A stretch of DNA of 64,000 nt from an uncultured Gammaproteobacteria bacterium (GCA_964527425.1 CAZGOA010000001.1:179273-243272), one strand, 5' to 3'. Numbered from the stretch's first letter, positions 1 to 9,572 are shown. Notes: generated by a model from the sequence alone, not told the origin. Translations and numbers: made by a program.

Positions 1-81
1 TATTTTCTAACAGTTGGGATAACTTCTGTTCATGTGGTGAAAAAGAAGGAACAGCAACTAATTCTGATAAAAGTTCAATAA

Positions 82-1131
82 TCATACTCGTTGTACATTT
101 TGTAATAATTGTTCCTTGGTCAACGACATGGGCATTAAATTATTATATTCGGAAGCACGAGTTCCCGATGGATCATTAATTGGTACCTGCTGATTAAGTT
201 CACCGGTTCTTTGTATACCAAATAATTCCATCGTTTCTTTTGCAGATACTCTCCCCTGTGCCTTAGCAACAATGAGTACACCTTTAGATAAGGTATTACA
301 TTCTCCGAATACTACATCAGGTACATTTTCCCCATTTGCCAGATCTAGTAAGAGATTGCAGGATACCGCTGCATATAATCCTCTGTTGATATGTTCTGCA
401 TCAGTTGCCGCTTCTGTTATTTCAACCATTGAAATTGTTTGTCCATCAATTACAAGTTCTGCACGTTCAGCAATTCCTGCAGAAACTATTTTTCCGTTAT
501 GTCTTACAATCCCGATTGTATTATTTGGATTATTGCATAGTTCTCGAATATCTTCCTCATTCCAGCCAAATCGTTCATATAATGCATACAACTGACGTAC
601 TGTATCATCTAGCATTGAACCAGTACGTTCTTCGTTATTTAAAATTGATACGCTATAACCTTTTTCTTTGACCAGCTCAATAGTTTTTTGGTAGGGCCGA
701 AACGATATTTGCTCAAGCACAGATAAATTTTCCTGAACTTTATCGTTATCAGATGGGTGTAATTGTCTTGATGGAGCATTTTTAGAAAGATAAATTATTG
801 ACTGTTGATCATTTACAGGAATAATAGATTCAACAAAATCAATCCAAATCTGTCCATCTTTTACTCCTTCACGAATCAAATCATTACTAATTAGAGCTCT
901 GTGTTGTACACGTGTGCATTCTTGCGCATCTAATTTCTCCGTCGCTCTATAGAACTCTCGTAAATAAACAGATAAACCGCTTTGATCTGAAACATAATGT
1001 TCATGAATACCCTTATAACGATTAAACGAAGATGGACTTGGCTCACCAAATCCTCCGATACTACTTGTCCCGGTTATATGTTGCGGGACATCTGCTCCTT
1101 CAAGATTGTTTGTAAGTATTTCTATTGGCAT
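82..1131 (-). CDS. hypothetical protein (349 aa), possibly acyltransferase-like; no confident family assignment
   Basis: Long uninterrupted ORF. Spurious-looking ORFs lie on the opposite strand. A terminator hairpin lies upstream (minus-sense), between it and greA. Confidence 0.5.
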   Translation of the reverse strand: MPIEILTNNLEGADVPQHITGTSSIGGFGEPSPSSFNRYKGIHEHYVSDQSGLSVYLREFYRATEKLDAQECTRVQHRALISNDLIREGVKDGQIWIDFVESIIPVNDQQSIIYLSKNAPSRQLHPSDNDKVQENLSVLEQISFRPYQKTIELVKEKGYSVSILNNEERTGSMLDDTVRQLYALYERFGWNEEDIRELCNNPNNTIGIVRHNGKIVSAGIAERAELVIDGQTISMVEITEAATDAEHINRGLYAAVSCNLLLDLANGENVPDVVFGECNTLSKGVLIVAKAQGRVSAKETMELFGIQRTGELNQQVPINDPSGTRASEYNNLMPMSLTKEQLLQNVQRV

Positions 1132-1143
1132 AGTTGTATATAC

Positions 1144-1167
1144 AAAAAAACCCTCTTTTTCAGAGGG
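1144..1167 (-). terminator. rho-independent terminator downstream of greA
   Basis: On the minus strand, CCCTCT-GAAAA-AGAGGG hairpin followed by a U-run (plus-strand A-run at 1144-1150). Confidence 0.55.
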
Positions 1168-1298
1168 ATTTATTTCTCGAATTACTACATGTCACTCCAA
1201 GAAATCCCTCAGAGAAGGGAATTTTTGGCAGTTTTATCAATGCATGGAAGTAACATATAATTTTCGGTTATTATAAATCAAACTCAAGGAATGTCAAA

Positions 1299-1766
1299 TT
1301 ATTCAATACTGACAACCTTATATGTGATTTTGCCTGCAGGGGCTTCTACATGAATTTCTTCCCCTACCTTTTTACCAATTAAGGCTTTTCCGAGAGGTGA
1401 TTCATGAGAAATTTTCTTTTGCATTGGATCGGCTTCCCATTCTCCTACAATGATAAAAGTTTCTTTTTTACCTTTAATATGAACAGTAACCGTGCTCCCA
1501 ACACCTACAGAACCTTTACCATGAGATGTGACAATTTTAGCGTTATGAAGAATTTCTTCTAATTCACTAATTCGACCATCCATAAAGGCTAAATCCTGTT
1601 TTGCTGCCGCGTATTCACTATTTTCAGATAAATCTCCCAACTCTCGTGCATCTGCCAATCTTTGAACTGCAGCAGGACGTTTTTCATTAATTAGTGTTTC
1701 GTATTCTGACTTTAATTCTTCTAACCCTTCTTGGGTTAACATAACTTGATGTTGTCCATTTGTCAT
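1299..1766 (-). CDS. greA: transcription elongation factor GreA
   Basis: 155 aa. N-terminal coiled-coil (LTQEGLEELKSEYETL...) and C-terminal FKBP-like domain typical of GreA/GreB. Confidence 0.9.
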   Translation of the reverse strand: MTNGQHQVMLTQEGLEELKSEYETLINEKRPAAVQRLADARELGDLSENSEYAAAKQDLAFMDGRISELEEILHNAKIVTSHGKGSVGVGSTVTVHIKGKKETFIIVGEWEADPMQKKISHESPLGKALIGKKVGEEIHVEAPAGKITYKVVSIE

Positions 1767-1987
1767 AACATCTCCTTAAAAAAATCTCCCTCACAACAGT
1801 GATGGGAGCCTACTTGCCCTTTTGTTTATTAGGGCTTAAATAAGTGCTTACAATGCATCATACTAGCCAAGTTCTGTTGCTATGTCAAGATTATATTGAT
1901 ACAATATTTGAGTTCAAAATAAACTAGTTACGTTCAGAATTCATCTATTTTAAATGCATAGTACATTTTGAACCTAAATGAACTTAA

Positions 1988-2061
1988 GCCCCTATCGTCT
2001 AGCGGCCTAGGACGACACGTTCTCAACGTGTAGATCGCCGGTTCGAATCCGGCTAGGGGTA
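1988..2061 (+). tRNA. tRNA-Glu (anticodon CUC)
   Basis: Cloverleaf read by eye: acceptor GCCCCTA/TAGGGGT (G1-U72 wobble), D-arm GTCT..GGAC, anticodon stem ACACG/CGTGT with loop TTCTCAA (CTC), T-arm GCCGG-TTCGAAT-CCGGC. CCA not encoded. Confidence 0.8.
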
Positions 2062-2277
2062 CTTGTAAAGGCCATTCAGAAATTAATGGTCTTTTTTTCT
2101 GATTAAGTAAAAAATGTAGAATTAATCTGTATTAGATCAAGATCAATATTAGCAATATCTAGCTTCAATAAAATATTTATTACTTCAATAAATGTCTAGG
2201 GTTGTACTTAATACACATCGGAGGGGGAATATAACAAGTAGAAAGCTTTTAGAATATTAATATATACTTATTTATAC

Positions 2278-2784
2278 ATGGAACAACCTGTAATTCGTAG
2301 TTTTATTAAAGGAAAAGTTACAGAAACTATTTTCAGGCTAATGTTTATAGAAGCAGGAGTATACAAAGTTTTACCATTTGGGTATGAGAATACCTTTCCT
2401 GAACTTTCACAATACAAATTTTCATTTGAATCAGATCAGATTCTTGATCAATTAAGAACAACTCCAGATTTTATACTTATTTCTAATGATAAAACCAAAG
2501 TATACATGGTAGAAGTGAAATATAGGAACCACATCGATTCAATTGAAATATTAAGAATTGCAAATAAATTAGAATCAAAATGGGGTATTAGCCAACTATT
2601 TATAGCAACTAATAAAAAATTTCATTTCGCATCATGTAAATCTATTATTGAAAATAATGGTTTTATACCCCCACTAGAACATTCATGGGTTTCAGAAGAA
2701 ATTCAAAAAAAATACATCTCTTGCTTAAAAGAATATATTGAAATTCCTGATACTTTTATTAAAGAAGGTAAAAGTAAAACTTAA
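2278..2784 (+). CDS. small PD-(D/E)XK-fold nuclease-like protein (Hjc/YraN/NucS-like motif)
   Basis: 168 aa. Motif TPDFILISNDKTKVYMVEVKYR (PD...E-V-K) plus an upstream acidic residue (VTETIF), the classic PD-(D/E)XK signature. Confidence 0.5.
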   Translation: MEQPVIRSFIKGKVTETIFRLMFIEAGVYKVLPFGYENTFPELSQYKFSFESDQILDQLRTTPDFILISNDKTKVYMVEVKYRNHIDSIEILRIANKLESKWGISQLFIATNKKFHFASCKSIIENNGFIPPLEHSWVSEEIQKKYISCLKEYIEIPDTFIKEGKSKT

Positions 2785-2804
2785 CGAAATTTAATAAATA
2801 ATTA

Positions 2805-2832
2805 TTTCGAATTTGGTGAGCTAGGGGGTACC
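2805..2832 (+). repeat. degenerate direct copy of the tRNA-Glu T-loop/3' acceptor end (att-like)
   Basis: TTCGAATttggtgaGCTAGGGGGTAC versus tRNA 3' end TTCGAATccggCTAGGGGTAC, about 760 bp downstream of the tRNA. Confidence 0.5.
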
Positions 2833-2842
2833 AAATACAATC

Positions 2843-2868
2843 GCTCGGCACATCCGAGCAGTTTTTTT
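2843..2868 (+). terminator. rho-independent terminator
   Basis: GCTCGG-CACAT-CCGAGC hairpin followed by TTTTTTT. Confidence 0.6.
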
Positions 2869-3000
2869 ATTATGTACTTCTGGTATATCTAAAAAACATA
2901 AATATTGTTATAACAGTCTCATTAAGTCCCGAGGTTAAAGAAAACTACTTTATGGAACAAAATATATCTATTTTTTCGAACCAATGTTAAAATTCGCTTC

Positions 3001-4167
3001 ATGAACAAAGAATCCTTGCCTTCTCGCAATTCCAAAATTATTTATGGTCCAGAAGATTTATCCTCTGAAACTACTTTTGAAGAGTTGATAAAAAAAGTAG
3101 GAGGAAAAGCTGCAGGGTTGTTATGGATACAAAGATACCTCCCTCATATTCCTCAAGCTCGAATGATAGTAGCCCCTGTTGGCACACCTACACAAGAAAT
3201 AATTACTGCAGCAAAAGAACAACAAATAAGTGAACCTTGGATTATACGAGCAAGTACGCCTATTGATAACCTTCCAGGAATGGAAAATGCGTTTCAAACT
3301 GCAATCTGTATGAAGGGAGGAAATGCTAAAGGGATAATTGATCGAGTTAAAATTGAAGGGGTTAGTGAAAGCCATCCATTTACTGAAACTAGTATTATTC
3401 TTGCAGAATACTCTAAAAGTAGAATACGTGGTACTCTTGTTGGTCACCCACATATAAATGATAAATTACTTGCAGGTATTACTGCAGGTACCTGGCCATT
3501 GACCAGCAATGGCTTTTACAGCATTGATCAAGGTAATAGTGCTTATTGGGAAGATTTTAGCAAATTATATAACGAAAAATACGCTCCATCTTCTGTGCCT
3601 GATGATTTATCAACATTATATGAATGGTATTATCAAATTAAATCTTTGCCCGGAATTACCCCTGAGATGACCTATCAATTAGAATTTGGGCTAAATCCAT
3701 TATTACTTTTCCAATTACGAGACTTTATGCCAGTTCAACATGCAGATTTTCAAATAGAGAGTTCTATACGTTTAAGAGATGATATACCTGGTTATAATCC
3801 TATTGTGTTTGGAATCACCCCTCCAGAGGGAATTGAAGTTATAGTATACAATAAAGACGAAGAGGACCATAAAAATGGACATGAAGGAGTCGGAAAACCA
3901 TTTGATGATTATGATTCTGGAAATGAATTTTCTGATAAAAACAGTATTTGTCTAGTTACTAGTCCTAGTTTCACACACTTTATCCATTTCCCCACCAGAG
4001 CTAATATTTTTTACTACGCAGGAGGATTATTACAACACGAAGATATTAGAAGAATGAGGGAATCCCAAGTTACTATTGTAAATGCTTCTGGTTTAGATTT
4101 TCCAAGTGGTACTACGATAAGAATAATTAGTGATGGAATACGTGTGAATGTTACGGAAGTTAAGTAA
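3001..4167 (+). CDS. standalone PEP-utilising/pyruvate-phosphate-dikinase N-terminal (PPDK_N, ATP-grasp-like) domain protein
   Basis: 388 aa. VGGKAAGL resembles the VGGKAANLGEL nucleotide-binding motif of PEP synthase/rifampin phosphotransferase. IIRASTPIDNLPGMENAFQT matches the RSSATAEDLP..FAGQ block. LEFGLNPLLLFQLRDF matches E-F-A-x-D...L-x-I-L-Q-x-R-P. There is no PEP-utilising or His-domain continuation. Confidence 0.45.
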   Translation: MNKESLPSRNSKIIYGPEDLSSETTFEELIKKVGGKAAGLLWIQRYLPHIPQARMIVAPVGTPTQEIITAAKEQQISEPWIIRASTPIDNLPGMENAFQTAICMKGGNAKGIIDRVKIEGVSESHPFTETSIILAEYSKSRIRGTLVGHPHINDKLLAGITAGTWPLTSNGFYSIDQGNSAYWEDFSKLYNEKYAPSSVPDDLSTLYEWYYQIKSLPGITPEMTYQLEFGLNPLLLFQLRDFMPVQHADFQIESSIRLRDDIPGYNPIVFGITPPEGIEVIVYNKDEEDHKNGHEGVGKPFDDYDSGNEFSDKNSICLVTSPSFTHFIHFPTRANIFYYAGGLLQHEDIRRMRESQVTIVNASGLDFPSGTTIRIISDGIRVNVTEVK

Positions 4168-4636
4168 ATCATCTAAAACCCTTATTCCAACAGGTAAAAT
4201 ACTCATACAAGTGCATTTTGATGGAATATAAAAAATGAACTCTGAAACGCTACTTCGATGAGAGAATAGTTTATTCCTGCTAGTTTCGGAGAGAAATGAT
4301 CTGAATAAAACATTTAACTAATTTATTTATTCGAAATGACCAATGTAAACGATTTGCCATGTGGGATAATCCCTAGGTGTTTTATCTGTGACACCTATTA
4401 GGTGGAAAGTCTCAAAAAGGTATACTGTTCAGCTTTGATCTAGCCAATCAACTACAGAATACTGAACAACCCCAAGCTATTACCCATATAGTTGAATTCC
4501 GAGAAACCAAGTAATACAGGAAAAATTGACACTTTAGGAAAATACCATAAAATGCTTCGTTAATACTAACACTCAAGTTTTTTAAATATACAATGGATTA
4601 TTTAATAAATGTTTATTTTAGTAAAATAATAGGAAT

Positions 4637-5131
4637 ATGGATGTAGTAACTATTAGTATAGTTTCTCTTATTGTATTCACAATATTGTGTGGAATCATAA
4701 TTTCATTACTTATTACTAGGTCTATACATAATTATTATCAAAAAAACTCAATATTGACTGAAGGTGAATTACGATTTTATAGAATACTATCATTTCTTGT
4801 TAAAGATTCTTACTTTATATTTCCCCAAGTAAGATTAGCAAACGTTGTAAAGATACCAAAAGAACGATTTTTTTGGGAAAGCTTTAATCCTTTAGGAAGT
4901 AAATGTGTTGATTTTGTCCTGTGTGATAAAAAAACGGGAGAAACATTGTTGGTTATTGAATTAGACGACAAGACTCATACGTTACCACACAGAAGAAGAA
5001 GAGATAAGTTTGTAGATACGGTTTTGAAAAAAGCAGGAATTCCTATCTTACACCAACCATATTTGGGTAATTATAAAAATGAAGACTTAATAAAAAAAAT
5101 TAACAAATGCGTTGGAAAAACCTTAATGTGA
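4637..5131 (+). CDS. membrane-anchored DUF2726-family protein (predicted PD-(D/E)XK-like nuclease domain)
   Basis: 164 aa. N-terminal TM helix. LTEGELRFYRIL...FPQVRL...VDFVLCDKKTGETLLVIELDDKTH...RRRRDKFVDTVLKKAGIPIL matches the DUF2726 consensus closely. Confidence 0.65.
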   Translation: MDVVTISIVSLIVFTILCGIIISLLITRSIHNYYQKNSILTEGELRFYRILSFLVKDSYFIFPQVRLANVVKIPKERFFWESFNPLGSKCVDFVLCDKKTGETLLVIELDDKTHTLPHRRRRDKFVDTVLKKAGIPILHQPYLGNYKNEDLIKKINKCVGKTLM

Positions 5132-5139
5132 GTGTAAAC

Positions 5140-5556
5140 CTATTCGTTAATGTTTTTATTCCTATACAGAAAGATTGCACTAATACATATTGTTATCATT
5201 AGTAATTGACAGGCAATACAGACTGGACAAATTACGTATAACTGAAACAACTCAACATAAGCTAACCATAAACAAAAAACTAGTCCAAAAGCTGCAGTTG
5301 CCAACAATATTCTTTTCTTTCTGAACAAAGCTGAAAAGAAAATAACAATATACCCTACTAATCCATACAGTGGAGTAGGTAATCCAAAGGTTTTAGCTAC
5401 TTCTCCAGTAATAATTGCATCACAATTAATAACACTGTTTACATTACATGGTTTGAATGCAGGAACAAATAATTGTTGCCAGAATAAATAAATGGCCAAC
5501 AATATTCCAAATATAGAAAAAATGGTAATAAGTCTATACAGTTTATTAAAACTCAT
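5140..5556 (-). CDS. VKOR-family (vitamin K epoxide reductase-like) membrane thiol oxidoreductase
   Basis: 138 aa, four TM segments. Loop cysteine pair C-x7-C (KPCNVNSVINC) and a CxxC (CPVC) at the start of the last TM helix. Confidence 0.5.
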   Translation of the reverse strand: MSFNKLYRLITIFSIFGILLAIYLFWQQLFVPAFKPCNVNSVINCDAIITGEVAKTFGLPTPLYGLVGYIVIFFSALFRKKRILLATAAFGLVFCLWLAYVELFQLYVICPVCIACQLLMITICISAIFLYRNKNINE

Positions 5557-5698
5557 ATTTTCTTAACGTTATTTTCACTTCTAATCCCAATAAAAACTGT
5601 GCTCTTGCTTCTGCTAGTCGATATGCAATAGCATATCCTATACCAACTGCACCAGTTATTATTGCTGTTTTACCTGATAAATTTAGTAATTCATTCAA
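5546..5698 (-). pseudogene. N-terminal remnant of a short-chain dehydrogenase/reductase (SDR)
   Basis: 50-codon ORF with no ATG (TTG start): LNELLNLSGKTAIITGAVGIGYAIAYRLAEARAQFLLG, a classic SDR TGxxxGxG cofactor motif. It terminates after about 50 aa and overlaps the VKOR start in another frame. Confidence 0.3.
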
Positions 5699-5797
5699 AG
5701 GTTTAACATCCTTATATTTACACCTAATAATTAAAGTATCTACAATATATTGATAATTATAAAAGCGTATAAATAGTATGCCCTGTGACAGTTATCA

Positions 5798-6373
5798 CTA
5801 ATTGCGGCTTTTTGTATGTTTTACTATTCCTCTAAAGAGAAACTCATACAATTCACTAATCACCTGTTTTCGATCATCACCTTTGGGAATATGTGGATAG
5901 TACTCTAACAAATATCCATTAATTGCATGGACTATAACTCTGGATTGTTTATCAATGTCTTTGTTTTTAAATTCACCTGTCGATATACCGTGTTCTAACA
6001 CTTCCTTTATATGTAAATATGTTTTTTCTGGAAGAAAACCAGTACGCAAAATTGGAAATTCCTTGCGGTATGAAAAATAAAACTTCAATACACTTACTAC
6101 TAAATCAGCATTATCAAACTGAAATTCTATCCTCTGTCTTAACATATCTTTGGCAGTTTCTGGAGTTAATAATTTTGATCTTCGTTTGCCTAATTCTCTA
6201 TTTGTTTCATCAAACATTGCTCTTAATAAAAGCGGTTTAGTAGGGAAATAATGATACAGAACAGATGGAGAAATTTTTACTTCTTTGGCTAAACTCCTCA
6301 TAGTTACTCCAGAAAGCCCTCCATGTGCCATTAATTTCATTACTTTTTTTACAATTTTTTTGCTTGTTATCAT
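5798..6373 (-). CDS. TetR/AcrR family transcriptional regulator
   Basis: 191 aa. N-terminal HTH (MRSLAKEVKISPSVLYHYFPTKPLL). Divergent from the carotenoid operon. Confidence 0.85.
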   Translation of the reverse strand: MITSKKIVKKVMKLMAHGGLSGVTMRSLAKEVKISPSVLYHYFPTKPLLLRAMFDETNRELGKRRSKLLTPETAKDMLRQRIEFQFDNADLVVSVLKFYFSYRKEFPILRTGFLPEKTYLHIKEVLEHGISTGEFKNKDIDKQSRVIVHAINGYLLEYYPHIPKGDDRKQVISELYEFLFRGIVKHTKSRN

Positions 6374-6425
6374 AGAACATTTGTTCTACTATATGTATTA
6401 TATCAATAGATAATTTAGTAATTAT

Positions 6426-7898
6426 ATGAAAAAAAATGTTATCATTATAGGTGCAGGAATTGGGGGGTTGGCTACAGCAGCTCTCTTACGTAAACAAGGT
6501 CATACTGTTACTATCCTTGAGAAGAATAATGAACTAGGCGGCAGAGCAAGAGTATGGAAAGAAAAACACTTTACGTTTGATATGGGACCTTCCTGGTACC
6601 TGATGCCAGATGTATTTGAGAAATTTTTTTCTTTGTTTAACAAACAACCTTCTGATTATTTTAAACTAATTCATTTAGATCCTCACTATCGTATTTTTTA
6701 TAGTAAAAACACGTTTATCGATATATCAAGTAATTTACAAAAAAATTTAGCATTATTTGAAAAATTAGAACCCGGTGCAAAAGATAACATACTTCGTTAT
6801 TTAACGATTGCAGCTACTAACTATACTACTGCTATTGATCATGTGCTATATAAAAACTTTACTTCAGTATTTTCTTTTTTTACGAAGGAGATAATGAAAG
6901 CAGGCTCTACATTTCCGTTATTTCATAATTTAGATTCGTTTACAAATAAGTTTACCCAAAACAAGCAAATTAAACAGATTCTCGAATATTCAATCGTATT
7001 TTTAGGTGGCTCTCCAAACAACACGCCTGCTTTGTATTCAATTATGTCTCATATAGATTTTAATATGGGAGTATTTTATCCAAATGGTGGTATGGGAGAA
7101 ATTGTTAATGCACTCGTTTCTCTTTGCAGAGACTTAGGTGTAACTATCCATACAAATTCTGAAGTTATTAGATTAAACATTTCTAATGGAACTATAGATA
7201 GTGTTAAAACTAATAAGGATTTATTGTCATGCGATGCAGTTATATCAAACGCAGACTACCCATTTACTGAAACAACCCTTATTGATAAAAAATGGCAATC
7301 ATATCCGAAATCTTATTGGAAGAAAAAAACAATTGCTCCATCTGCATTCTTACTCTATCTGGGAATAAAGGGTAGGGTTAAAAACCTATCACATCACAAT
7401 TTGTTTTTTGCCAATAATTGGGAAGAACATTTTAATGAACTGTTTACTAACCCCACATGGCCAAAAAAACCATCTTATTATGTATGTTGTCCATCAAAAA
7501 CAGATCCAACAGTTGCACCTAAGAATCATGAAAATTTATTTTTACTGGTACCTGTATCTCCGTATTTAAATGATACTGAGAGTATAAGAGAACAATATGC
7601 TAAAAAAATACTTTCTCATCTAGAATTGTTAATTGATGAAGACATTACTAACAGAATAGTTGTCAAACGAATATATTCTCAACGTGACTTTATTGGCGAT
7701 TATAATGCTTATCAAGGCACTGCACTAGGACTTTCTCATACTTTATTTCAGACATCTTTTTTGAGACCTAGCATAAAAAGTAAAAAAGTAAAGAATTTAC
7801 TTTATGTGGGACAGTATACTCAACCTGGCATAGGAGTGCCCATGTGTCTTATTTCTGCACAATTAGTCCGAGATGAATTTGTGAATATGTATGGATAA
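6426..7898 (+). CDS. crtI: phytoene/diapophytoene desaturase (CrtI/CrtN family FAD oxidoreductase)
   Basis: 490 aa. N-terminal IIGAGIGGLATAALL...LEKNNELGGRAR dinucleotide-binding motif and CrtI-family length and architecture. Confidence 0.85.
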   Translation: MKKNVIIIGAGIGGLATAALLRKQGHTVTILEKNNELGGRARVWKEKHFTFDMGPSWYLMPDVFEKFFSLFNKQPSDYFKLIHLDPHYRIFYSKNTFIDISSNLQKNLALFEKLEPGAKDNILRYLTIAATNYTTAIDHVLYKNFTSVFSFFTKEIMKAGSTFPLFHNLDSFTNKFTQNKQIKQILEYSIVFLGGSPNNTPALYSIMSHIDFNMGVFYPNGGMGEIVNALVSLCRDLGVTIHTNSEVIRLNISNGTIDSVKTNKDLLSCDAVISNADYPFTETTLIDKKWQSYPKSYWKKKTIAPSAFLLYLGIKGRVKNLSHHNLFFANNWEEHFNELFTNPTWPKKPSYYVCCPSKTDPTVAPKNHENLFLLVPVSPYLNDTESIREQYAKKILSHLELLIDEDITNRIVVKRIYSQRDFIGDYNAYQGTALGLSHTLFQTSFLRPSIKSKKVKNLLYVGQYTQPGIGVPMCLISAQLVRDEFVNMYG

Positions 7899-8727
7899 TT
7901 CTTCATTTGAAACTATTTTTAAATCGAGCAGTAGAACGTTTTATTATAGCAGTTTATTTTTTCCATCTGAAATAAAACGAGATGTTTTTATACTCTATAG
8001 TTTTGTTCGAACTGTAGATAATTTTGTTGACTGTGTGCCGCAACAAAAAGATTCATTTTTCTCGTTTGTAGAAGATTATTATAAAACTCTTAATAAAAAA
8101 TCCAGTAACAATATAATTATTCACGAATTTGTTCGTTTAATGATCAGAAAGAAGATTAATAGAGAATGGGTTGATGCATTTATTGAAGTCATGAAACAAG
8201 ATCTTACAAAAAAAGTATATAGATCTATGAACGATACGTTACAGTATATGTATGGATCTGCAGAAGTAATTGGACTAATGATGGCTACTATTTTGGAACT
8301 ACCTAAACAATCTTATGCATCTGCTGCATTACTTGGTCGATCTATGCAATATATTAACTTTATACGTGATATACAGGAAGATTTACTGTTGGGAAGAACT
8401 TATTTTCCGTTGGGTGAGTTAAAACAATATCATTTAACAGATTTAACGTATGAAAGCACTAGTAATAAGAAAACAAATTTTGAAGAGTTTATTCGAAAAC
8501 AGATAAACACGTATACGAATTGGCAAAAAGAAGCTGAATCTGGGTTTTCCTACATTCCTTACCGTTATAGAGTGCCTATTAAAACAGCTTCAGACTTATA
8601 TAATTGGACAGCCAACGAAATTAATAAGAATCCTTTTGTCGTTTATCAGAAAAAAGTTAAGCCTACAATTCCAACAATATTACAATACTTAACGAGAAAC
8701 TCTGTTTATGCTTTGTTTTTTCAATGA
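7891..8727 (+). CDS. crtB: phytoene/dehydrosqualene synthase (CrtB/CrtM, squalene-phytoene synthase family)
   Basis: 278 aa. YSSLFFP...ILYSFVRTVDNFVD aspartate-rich region typical of the family. Start overlaps the crtI stop (translational coupling). Confidence 0.8.
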   Translation: MDNSSFETIFKSSSRTFYYSSLFFPSEIKRDVFILYSFVRTVDNFVDCVPQQKDSFFSFVEDYYKTLNKKSSNNIIIHEFVRLMIRKKINREWVDAFIEVMKQDLTKKVYRSMNDTLQYMYGSAEVIGLMMATILELPKQSYASAALLGRSMQYINFIRDIQEDLLLGRTYFPLGELKQYHLTDLTYESTSNKKTNFEEFIRKQINTYTNWQKEAESGFSYIPYRYRVPIKTASDLYNWTANEINKNPFVVYQKKVKPTIPTILQYLTRNSVYALFFQ

Positions 8728-9572
8728 AACATCTTGGCACTATACTATTAATTTCTCGTCCTAGATTTTGGGGATATTTAGTTGGACCATATGTAATTGG
8801 ATATGTAGCAGGAATACAGTCTCTCAATCAATTTAGTGAGACTATATTTTCTATTCACTTTTTTTACTTTCTGATTGTAGCCAACATTCTTGTTTATGGG
8901 GTTAACGATTTATTCGACAAAGACACGGATGTAAACAATACTAAAAAAGAATCTAAAGAATATGTTTTAGCACGTTCAAGCCATCATCTGCTAAAACTAT
9001 TAATTGGACTTAGTATTGCTTTTTCCGTATTGTTGATTTTATTACAGCCATCTCTTAATGACAGCTTACTATTATTACTTTTTTTAATTCTAGCAATTAG
9101 CTATAGTGCTCCTCCCATTCGGTTTAAATCAAGAATAGTCTTAGATTTTTCTTCAAATATTTTATACGCAATTCCTGGATTTTTAGCATTTAATCACATA
9201 ACAGGATCACTACCTTCTTTCCTATTTATTTTTTCTGCGTTTTGTTGGACCAGTGCTATGCATTTATTTTCTGCTATTCCTGATATTATTCCAGATAAAA
9301 CTGCAGGCATACGAACTACTGCTGTATGGCTAGGAGATAAGAAATCACTACTACTATGCAGTATGTTATGGCTGTTAAGTATTCTGCCCATTCTATCAAC
9401 ACTTTTTCCTTTTTCATTATTAGGTTTTATTTATCCACTCATTCCCTTATATCTTTACCGACACAAAAAGCTTATTGAAACTTTTTATTGGAAGTTTCCT
9501 ATAATTACTATGACTTTGGGGTGCTTACTTTTTTTTATAGTACTGTTGTCCAAGATATATGTACAATATTAG
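8724..9572 (+). CDS. UbiA-family prenyltransferase, candidate lycopene elongase-like (CrtEb/LyeJ-type)
   Basis: 282 aa, polytopic membrane protein. NDLFDKDTD matches the UbiA NDxxDxxxD motif. Position inside the carotenoid operon suggests a carotenoid prenylating role. Confidence 0.6.
   Translation: MKHLGTILLISRPRFWGYLVGPYVIGYVAGIQSLNQFSETIFSIHFFYFLIVANILVYGVNDLFDKDTDVNNTKKESKEYVLARSSHHLLKLLIGLSIAFSVLLILLQPSLNDSLLLLLFLILAISYSAPPIRFKSRIVLDFSSNILYAIPGFLAFNHITGSLPSFLFIFSAFCWTSAMHLFSAIPDIIPDKTAGIRTTAVWLGDKKSLLLCSMLWLLSILPILSTLFPFSLLGFIYPLIPLYLYRHKKLIETFYWKFPIITMTLGCLLFFIVLLSKIYVQY

Noticed and set aside
272-1260. Plus-strand ORFs 272..595, 405..671, 997..1260 inside or against the 82..1131 minus-strand gene
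   Set aside because: Low-complexity translations lying antisense to a long coherent ORF. These are typical AT-rich spurious frames.
3121-3453. Minus-strand ORF 3121..3453 inside the PPDK_N-like gene
   Set aside because: It lies antisense to a longer ORF with recognisable motifs, and its sequence is compositionally odd.
4168-4636. Possible ncRNA or CRISPR-leader-like element in the 470-bp ORF-free gap
   Set aside because: Only short hairpins (e.g. TAGGTGT..ACACCTA) were seen and no repeat array or recognisable RNA motif, so it is left as unexplained intergenic space (mentioned under the tRNA-adjacent cluster).
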